Origin: Bdellovibrionales bacterium
GTDB lineage: Bacteria; Bdellovibrionota; Bdellovibrionia; Bdellovibrionales; UBA1609
NCBI GenBank assembly: GCA_965237565.1
Contig: OZ250145.1
Location: forward strand, 955,529 to 1,019,528
Direction of reading: 5' to 3'
DNA length: 64,000 nt
The notes under the pieces: generated by a model
What the model was told of the DNA's origin: nothing
The model's input: the letters and a program-made list of their open reading frames with translations, nothing else
Databases searched by the model: none
In this document: piece by piece, positions 57,207 through 64,000 of the stretch
How positions within the stretch are numbered: the first letter of the stretch is position 1
Layout of the letters: each line of letters starts with the position of its first letter
Position numbers and translations under genes: made by a program

Positions 57207-58361
57207 TTGAAAAAGCATTTGATTTTTTTGTGTGTTGCAATCTTTTGCCCATCTTTGTATGCACAATTGCAGGATAGTCATTTTCATAAAATCAACAGTT
57301 CTGAAATTCCCTCTCATTTTAAGCTAGATGGTTCTTGGAAGACACAAATTGAGGGCTCTGTTCTGACAAATAAGGAGAGCCGTGAGCGCTTGATGAATGT
57401 GAGGCTCTACGGAAAATTTGACCTCGATTTCGGTTCTCGTTTGACCGCCCTATTTGAGCCCTATCTATTGATCCAGCAGGGAGAAATCCAAAGTCGCTTT
57501 TCCAGAAAAGAATCTACCATTATACAGATGCGACAAGGGTACTTTCAGTGGAATCCTATGGATAGCTTGACCTTGCAGTTGGGTTCTATCAATCAAGATT
57601 ATTTAGCTTCTCCTTTGTTGGTTTCGAATCATTCTTCTCTCTCTTTATTGGGAGGATATTTGCACATAAGAGATCGCTATGAAGTCCAAGTGATTTTTCA
57701 AAGCAGTGTTCCTTCTATTGATAATACGTTTCGAAGATACAATGAAATGGCCGATACTCCCTATTTTAATTCTTTGTTCACTTACTTTGAGTGGCTTCCT
57801 TTCGATGACAACCAAGCTTCTTTTAGGGGGCACTTGACGGGCTTTCATTTCAGTACCTTGCCGGCTTTCATCGCTCATCGTAGCAAACTCTATGGCAATA
57901 CGATTCTTGGAAAAAAATCGAGTGCTAGTTTTGCCTACCGGTATTATGGTTTGGATTTTGATCTGAGTTCACAGTTTCGTTTGACGCCAGATATTTATTT
58001 GTCTCTTGGCTATACAGGCTTGATCAATTTGGGGGCTCCTTTTGCTCAATCTTGGGGAGAGAGAATTTACACCATCTTAGATATGAATTTTTGGAAAGGG
58101 ACAAAGATTTATTCTCGCTTGGAATATTTTCATAATAACTCGGATGCTTCTCCAGCTTATTTCAATAGCGAAATTTATGGCCACAATGATCGAAAAGGCT
58201 TCTTGGTGGAGCTAAAGGCTTTTTTCCCAAAAGGCAATTTTGAGGCAGGTTTTCGTTATGTTTTATCCGATCCCATTCGTACAACAATGCTGAGTTTCTC
58301 TTTAGGGGATAGGCAAAATGCTTTCATGCTATTTGTTAGCTCCCGCTACCATTCGATTTGA
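57207..58361 (+). CDS. Putative outer-membrane beta-barrel protein
   Basis: Signal 'MKKHLIFLCVAIFCPSLYAQ'. Long run of alternating strand-like segments. No recognised family. Confidence 0.5.
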   Translation: MKKHLIFLCVAIFCPSLYAQLQDSHFHKINSSEIPSHFKLDGSWKTQIEGSVLTNKESRERLMNVRLYGKFDLDFGSRLTALFEPYLLIQQGEIQSRFSRKESTIIQMRQGYFQWNPMDSLTLQLGSINQDYLASPLLVSNHSSLSLLGGYLHIRDRYEVQVIFQSSVPSIDNTFRRYNEMADTPYFNSLFTYFEWLPFDDNQASFRGHLTGFHFSTLPAFIAHRSKLYGNTILGKKSSASFAYRYYGLDFDLSSQFRLTPDIYLSLGYTGLINLGAPFAQSWGERIYTILDMNFWKGTKIYSRLEYFHNNSDASPAYFNSEIYGHNDRKGFLVELKAFFPKGNFEAGFRYVLSDPIRTTMLSFSLGDRQNAFMLFVSSRYHSI

Positions 58362-58661
58362 TCTCGCAAAGAGTGAATGATTTTACATTGAAAACTTCTG
58401 TCACAGTTGCATTCGCTCCATTTATCCTTTGATTCGGCAAATGAGTTAGAGTGAAAAGTGCCTTTGTTTTTTGCCTTATATCCTTAAACCATGCACTTTC
58501 ACCTTCTTTGATAAGATTTTGTTAATGATTAATTGTTTTTTTTGTAAATTCTTTTTATACAAATCATAACTTGATTATCAGCTTGTCCTTGTATTATAGC
58601 CATGGTTGGACGGTGCTGAAGAGATTTGTTACTTTTTACACCAAATTTATAGGTTTTATTT

Positions 58662-61600
58662 GTGAAGGATTTGGGGACTAATCTTGTCGTTTTGTTCATA
58701 AAATATCGCTTATTTTATTCGCTGGCTATTATTCTTCTTTTTTCTTCTCCGTCTTGCTCTTTATTCACAAGCCAAATAGACGCTTCCCTATTGACTGGAG
58801 AGAATCATTCCAGTTTTATTTTGGATGAAATCCTTGGCCAAGTGGTAGAAACACAAGTCAACGGTCTTCCGCAAGAAATCAAAATTTCCTATAAAGCTTG
58901 CTTCAGAGATTTTGTTCATCAAGACAATTCTTTGCCCAACACTGGGTTCAGAGTGCATCTTTTTGAATCTGTGAAACATCTGAAGAAAGGCTCAGATCAA
59001 AAATGTTCTGAGAGTAGGGTGTTCTTATTTTCAGATAAGCTAGAGACATCCTGCCTGCAGATGAGAACGGACGCCAGTGGATGTTTGAACTGGACAGAAA
59101 TCTATCCCTACAAATGGATCAGTGAGTCCGTGTGGTTTCGCTATGGAAGAGCTTTTGAAGGCACAGGAGTAAACAAGGGGCTCAGTTTGGTCTCCATGGC
59201 GGTGAATCCCTGGCTCTCTGCGGATCCGTCTGGCTCCGCGACGCAATTGCAGTTTATGGATCTTCGTTACAATTCTTTAGAGAAAATCCAACTCATTCAA
59301 ACAAAAAAGAAAGATATTTCTGCCTGTTCACTTTGTCGCAAGGGAGAAAAAAGTGATAGCTGTTTTCTCTGCGAGCAAAAGCAAAACAGTCTTTCCTATG
59401 TCATTGAGAATTTTGAGAAGATAGTCAAACGACCCCAACTATGGTTGAACAATATCAGTCTCAACATCAATCAAGAGTATTTTCATTTCAAAAATCCAAC
59501 GAGTAAGCAAAAAGAAATTCTGCGTAAACTGCGAGTTTGTCATGGTGAAATCAAAACAGATTGTGATTCAACGGGGCGATTCTTTAAAGTTCAATTGAAG
59601 ATGCCTCTAAAAATACGCGTACGAAATTATAGGGGAGAAGTGGAACTATTGCCTCTCATTCAGGGAGAATACTCCATTCAGCCTTACTTTTTATTAAAAG
59701 ATGATAAAGAGCGATATTGGTCTCTTCACAGAGACACGGGATTTCTTTTGCTTTCCCTAGATGGTGGATCGAGTGAGAATCAGCTGACTGCGGAATTTTA
59801 TTTACATATTCCTTATGAAAATCTGGGTTTGCCGGCCCTACTTGGTTTGAAGATACGAACTGCGGGAAAGCTCAAACCCTTTTTGTTGCCATTTGATGGA
59901 TTGTTTTCTTTCCCCAATACTTTGAAAAGCATCCATGGACGTAATTCCTTGTCTCTCAATCGAGAAGTGGCTTCATTTTATGAGAAAAACCCAGCGAACC
60001 TCTCTTTTATTGATAAGAGTTTGAACATCCAAAGGCGAACGAAGGATGAGGAGAAGGAGAAGGGGAGTGAGGAAGATTCTCAGATTCGTTTCACAAGAGC
60101 CAAATGGGTGATTGAATTAAAGAGAATGCGCTTTGTGGAGGTAGGTTTTGCTGAAAACAAATGCCCCTCTCCAGTGGAACGCCATGTTCGTTACGTGGGC
60201 GAGGTGTGCATCAAAGACCCTCTGACTGGAGATTATGTATCCAACACAAAGATTAAAATCAGCCGACAGATCATCGAATTCAGCAAGGATGGACGACCTA
60301 CTGGAGGGGCGATCACTGAAGTTTCTTTGAGTCCGCCGGAAACAAACCGCGAAGGCTGTCTCCAATGGTTTGATGAGATTCCCCACAAGTGGTATGACCG
60401 ACAAAGGTATTACATCAGAAGGATGATCTTTTCGCAAGATGATTGGGGCTTTCAAGGAGAAAAAATTTTAGCCATCAATCCTTGGCACTGGGGATTTATT
60501 TTTTACCAAGATGTTACTGAATTGATCAGTGATTTGAATCAGGAGGGAAAACGAGTTCCCATTTATTCCCAAGTTTTGGATCAACATGTCTCCAGTTACA
60601 TTCGAGTTAATCCCTCTAGAGAGGAAAAACCTCAAATCTTCTTGCATGATTTTAGAAGTCTATTTATTGAACCCATCTATGCCATTGATAGATGGCTGGG
60701 AATCAATATTTTTCACAATATCATGCTTCTTTTTAAAGTGAGAATTGATCGCCCAGATGGCATGGCCATCGGTTTGGGAGGACAGAGGCCATCTGCGATG
60801 GATATTCGGAGAGGTTACTATCTCGTTCGTTTTATCCTCTTAAAATCTCATGTAGAAGAACAAGGAGGACAAGGCAATCAGGTCCAGAATTTGGAATCTT
60901 TCCTGAAGACCTATCAAAATAGTTTGAATCAGTCATGGAATACAAATGAAGGTTGGAAAATGGGGCGAAGCAACGGGTCTGATTCTGGACAAATGATGAA
61001 TACGAATTTGGAATACATCACGCATTTTGACACCTATGTGCAGGTCAGAGATAGCATGGTCAATAATTACATTAACTTTCGATTTGATTTGGATGATTTT
61101 ATCTTTATTGGTTCAAACAACCGAATCATTGTTCAACTTTTTCCCACGGATCCAAAATACTATCGTTACGAAGAGGGAAGTTGCAAAGTGGATCCAGAGA
61201 AATCTCAATTTGTTCCCTACAAGGACCATGATTTAATTTCCAAGCCGTTTATAGGTGCTTTTATTCCTGGGGATCCAAGGAACTGGAATATTTTTAAAGT
61301 TTTGGATGGCAATCTGAATTTGGATGATTTGATAAATAATGACCGACTATATAAAACGAGTTTTATCAAGTTGAACACGGAGTTGGATTTAAAAAAACTG
61401 ATCCAAGAGGGTGAAAAAAACAGTTGGAGCCATCGTTTATTCAAAGAGTTGCAGTCCAAGATGATCTCCAAAAGTTTGCGGTGGAGCCAAAAATCCCAGC
61501 ATGCCAGCAAAAATTTCTCTTATGTTTTTACGACACTGGATGAAGCGATCGGTTCTTTTCTCTACCCGAAAAAAAAGGACATTCCCAACGGGAGCAATGC

Positions 61601-63950
61601 CATCTCTAGCGGGAGCAATGCCATCTCTAGCGGGAGCAATGCCCTGCCTAGCGAGAACGCGCATCTACTTGATGGAAGCAGAAATCACCTTGCAGATTCT
61701 CTAATGAAAGCTTTTTCTCTCATCAACGAGATTTTAATAGGCACCCAGCAAGGAAATGAGCAAAAAACTTTTTATCGAATCAAGAACATTTTGCTTAAGA
61801 TACTAGATAGCCTAGAGAGCTCAGCTTCGAAAACAGAATTGAGTAATCAAGTAAGAAAACAGTATGTTGCTCTGTTGAATCTCATGGAAGGCGTAGCTTC
61901 TATAGAACAAATAAAAGAAACAAATAAAGAGCACAGACTCTTGAACACTTTGGATACGGAGAATGAAAAGAAATATATAGAAGAGATAAAAAATCAACAC
62001 TTTAAGTCCAATATTGAGATTCCTGAAAGCTATTCCATCTCTACCTTTAATATGAATCAATATGCAAAAGATGAGGGGTTAAAAGTGATCGCAATGGATG
62101 ATGTTTCCATGAAGAATTTTTTGGCAGATTTAAATCAATCCATTCAGCAATTGAATCTCTTTCGTTCAGAACATAAATCGAAAAAAAAAGCCCAAGCCAC
62201 CTCTCTATCCTCCACACAAAGAGAAGTGTCTGCCCAAGGGCTGCCTTCTTCGACTCGTTCTACGCTAGAAAAGAAATTCCAAAAAATGCCCAATCAGTAC
62301 GAAATAAAAAACTCACAAGATCTGGAAGAGGCAATCAGCACAATCAATCAATATGAACAAGTATTTTTTAATAATTTTGCACGAGGAGAAGGGGAATCCC
62401 TATCTGATTTTTTCCAAAAAATAGAAAAAATGCATCTTCCAAAGATGTCACAATCTTGGTTAGAAAAGATTTTGGTCGATGGGATTCACGAAAGAACGGT
62501 TGACACGATTGAGGTGGCCACTTTCTTACACTCCATGTGCAGTTTTTGGTTTGATAAATTTTATGATCAGTATTTGGAGAAAAGACAGTTAGATATCATC
62601 TATGCCAAGCACAAAGATCATTTTGATTACTACAAAGCGACCGGAGAGTATTCCACAGATGAAATAAAAAAATACCAGTCTGTTTGGAAAGCCATGGGGG
62701 ATCACCATTTGTCGGCTATGGATCCCGAGTTGTTAAAGACAGAAAGCCCTTTTTGTGTTTCAGGCTCCAATGAAGGTTGGGGCTCATTTTTGGATGAGTT
62801 GGGGCAGTGGTTTTTTGAGGAAGAAAAAACTTCTCACACTTGTTTTGAAGGAGAATCTCAGAAATTTCATCCCTACCTGAAGTGCATCTCCAATCCCGTG
62901 AGGTTTTTTCATATAGAAAACAAGATCATCGTTGGTGAGATTGGTTCTGATTACAATGATTTGAGTTACGAGTATGGCCAGACGAGTACTTTTTATATGC
63001 AAAAAAGTTTTGATTTTTCTTATGGTCTGAATTGGGCTATGTCGCGTTCTTTTTCATCATCATTGGGAAGTGGTTTTGCTACATTGGACAGTCTGGAGCG
63101 ACTAGGAGGAAGTGGCAAGGCCATAAAAAAATTTTTAAATACTCTACGATCTGTCTCTCCTTTTTTCAGTTTCAGTGGAGTGCGTTTGAATGCCGATTGG
63201 GCAACTAGTAGGAGTGAATCCGAAGCTAGCCGTCGCCAACAAACATTGAGATTTTCTAGAGCTTTGGATTTGGTTTTAAATCATTCTGTTATGTCTATTC
63301 GATTGAAAGAATTTCGTCACTGCTTGATGATACGTCCTCAGAATTTGGCCTTCGAAGGATATGAGCAAAAAATATGGAAGCAATCACTGGAAGATGATTT
63401 CATTCATCAGGTTCCATACATCAAATCCGGCATCCTTATTTGTTCAGCAGATAAAGATTCTGATAGGATGGGAAATCCTTTTACAATTAAAGAAGACTAT
63501 TTTTATCTCTATCAGCCCAACCGTGGAGATCGTGGACAATTTCAAAATCCTCTAAATTTTCGGAACAGGCCGTATGTGATTACTATCAGAGGAGTAGCTG
63601 ATTTGGAAAAATTTGAATTTCTCGTTCAATCTTTTGTCGAACCAAATAAAACAGATGGGATAGAAGATTACAATCCACAAAAACCCATGACAAATCCCTA
63701 CAACCAACAATCCAACGTACCCACTGCAGTTCGCAGAGCTTTCACTAGCACAAAAATTTGGGATATGACAGGTTTTTATCCGGGTGTATACAATGTGAAA
63801 TACAATGAGAATCATTACTATTTTCACACCTCTGATTTAGAGGCGAGGGGTTACATTGAGGGAATGGGAAATTGGCTTTACGATGCCAATCCATTTAGCA
63901 ACATTCGTTTGGATGAAAATCCAAAGGTCATTGACAGATCACCTCAATAA
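58662..63950 (+). CDS. Giant (1762 aa) exported/lipoprotein-like protein of unknown function
   Basis: Uninterrupted 5.3-kb ORF. The N-terminal hydrophobic segment ends 'LLFSSPSC'. I recognised no catalytic or family motif. Contains an internal 21-bp x3 repeat. Confidence 0.7.
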   Translation: MKDLGTNLVVLFIKYRLFYSLAIILLFSSPSCSLFTSQIDASLLTGENHSSFILDEILGQVVETQVNGLPQEIKISYKACFRDFVHQDNSLPNTGFRVHLFESVKHLKKGSDQKCSESRVFLFSDKLETSCLQMRTDASGCLNWTEIYPYKWISESVWFRYGRAFEGTGVNKGLSLVSMAVNPWLSADPSGSATQLQFMDLRYNSLEKIQLIQTKKKDISACSLCRKGEKSDSCFLCEQKQNSLSYVIENFEKIVKRPQLWLNNISLNINQEYFHFKNPTSKQKEILRKLRVCHGEIKTDCDSTGRFFKVQLKMPLKIRVRNYRGEVELLPLIQGEYSIQPYFLLKDDKERYWSLHRDTGFLLLSLDGGSSENQLTAEFYLHIPYENLGLPALLGLKIRTAGKLKPFLLPFDGLFSFPNTLKSIHGRNSLSLNREVASFYEKNPANLSFIDKSLNIQRRTKDEEKEKGSEEDSQIRFTRAKWVIELKRMRFVEVGFAENKCPSPVERHVRYVGEVCIKDPLTGDYVSNTKIKISRQIIEFSKDGRPTGGAITEVSLSPPETNREGCLQWFDEIPHKWYDRQRYYIRRMIFSQDDWGFQGEKILAINPWHWGFIFYQDVTELISDLNQEGKRVPIYSQVLDQHVSSYIRVNPSREEKPQIFLHDFRSLFIEPIYAIDRWLGINIFHNIMLLFKVRIDRPDGMAIGLGGQRPSAMDIRRGYYLVRFILLKSHVEEQGGQGNQVQNLESFLKTYQNSLNQSWNTNEGWKMGRSNGSDSGQMMNTNLEYITHFDTYVQVRDSMVNNYINFRFDLDDFIFIGSNNRIIVQLFPTDPKYYRYEEGSCKVDPEKSQFVPYKDHDLISKPFIGAFIPGDPRNWNIFKVLDGNLNLDDLINNDRLYKTSFIKLNTELDLKKLIQEGEKNSWSHRLFKELQSKMISKSLRWSQKSQHASKNFSYVFTTLDEAIGSFLYPKKKDIPNGSNAISSGSNAISSGSNALPSENAHLLDGSRNHLADSLMKAFSLINEILIGTQQGNEQKTFYRIKNILLKILDSLESSASKTELSNQVRKQYVALLNLMEGVASIEQIKETNKEHRLLNTLDTENEKKYIEEIKNQHFKSNIEIPESYSISTFNMNQYAKDEGLKVIAMDDVSMKNFLADLNQSIQQLNLFRSEHKSKKKAQATSLSSTQREVSAQGLPSSTRSTLEKKFQKMPNQYEIKNSQDLEEAISTINQYEQVFFNNFARGEGESLSDFFQKIEKMHLPKMSQSWLEKILVDGIHERTVDTIEVATFLHSMCSFWFDKFYDQYLEKRQLDIIYAKHKDHFDYYKATGEYSTDEIKKYQSVWKAMGDHHLSAMDPELLKTESPFCVSGSNEGWGSFLDELGQWFFEEEKTSHTCFEGESQKFHPYLKCISNPVRFFHIENKIIVGEIGSDYNDLSYEYGQTSTFYMQKSFDFSYGLNWAMSRSFSSSLGSGFATLDSLERLGGSGKAIKKFLNTLRSVSPFFSFSGVRLNADWATSRSESEASRRQQTLRFSRALDLVLNHSVMSIRLKEFRHCLMIRPQNLAFEGYEQKIWKQSLEDDFIHQVPYIKSGILICSADKDSDRMGNPFTIKEDYFYLYQPNRGDRGQFQNPLNFRNRPYVITIRGVADLEKFEFLVQSFVEPNKTDGIEDYNPQKPMTNPYNQQSNVPTAVRRAFTSTKIWDMTGFYPGVYNVKYNENHYYFHTSDLEARGYIEGMGNWLYDANPFSNIRLDENPKVIDRSPQ

Positions 63951-64000
63951 GAGATTTTTTTCTAATTTTTCTTTTTGGCTTCCCAAGTACTTCCGAAAGG

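Noticed and set aside
1-64000. CRISPR arrays, rRNA genes, intact IS transposases or integrases, retron/DGR reverse transcriptases.
   Set aside because: No regularly spaced short direct repeats were seen, and no ORF has DDE, tyrosine/serine recombinase or RT motifs. The only RNA gene found is tRNA-Ala.

Overview
This 64-kb window comes from a low-GC Gram-negative chromosome. The evidence for Gram-negative is outer-membrane beta-barrel genes and an LdcA/Mpl murein-recycling pair. I cannot assign a taxon from sequence alone.

About two thirds of the window is ordinary housekeeping:
- tilS-ftsH-glmM-nnr-tsaE (13.9-20.5 kb)
- a tRNA-modification/RNA cluster, iscS-like-mnmA-mtaB-rnc-der (37.7-43.7 kb)
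- a purine operon, purM-X-purB-purC-purS-purQ-purL-purF (45.6-54.4 kb)
- ldcA-mpl

Three regions stand out.

(1) 1-6.2 kb. A 5'-truncated COG1743/DUF1156 Zn-ribbon DNA methyltransferase gene has its 3' end present three times. These copies bracket an AT-rich islet next to tRNA-Ala(GGC). The islet holds a conjugative-ATPase fragment, an ORF6N gene and a secreted HEXXH protease pair.

(2) 20.5-37.6 kb. This accessory block sits between tsaE and the iscS-like gene. It encodes:
- a 962-aa protein with about 10 tandem six-cysteine modules
- pilin-like anchored Cys-rich proteins
- a metzincin
- an acyltransferase-like membrane protein
- a membrane-only protein translationally coupled to four tandem paralogues of a fused polytopic-membrane/spermidine-synthase-like protein

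The block also contains a patchwork of duplicated gene fragments and pseudogenes joined at microhomologies. This is my best candidate for an undescribed, probably envelope or surface-related, system.

(3) 58.7-64 kb. A 1762-aa orphan protein with a signal/lipoprotein-like N-terminus.

I saw no CRISPR array, rRNA, intact transposase or integrase. All functional calls rest on motifs read by eye; no searches were run.
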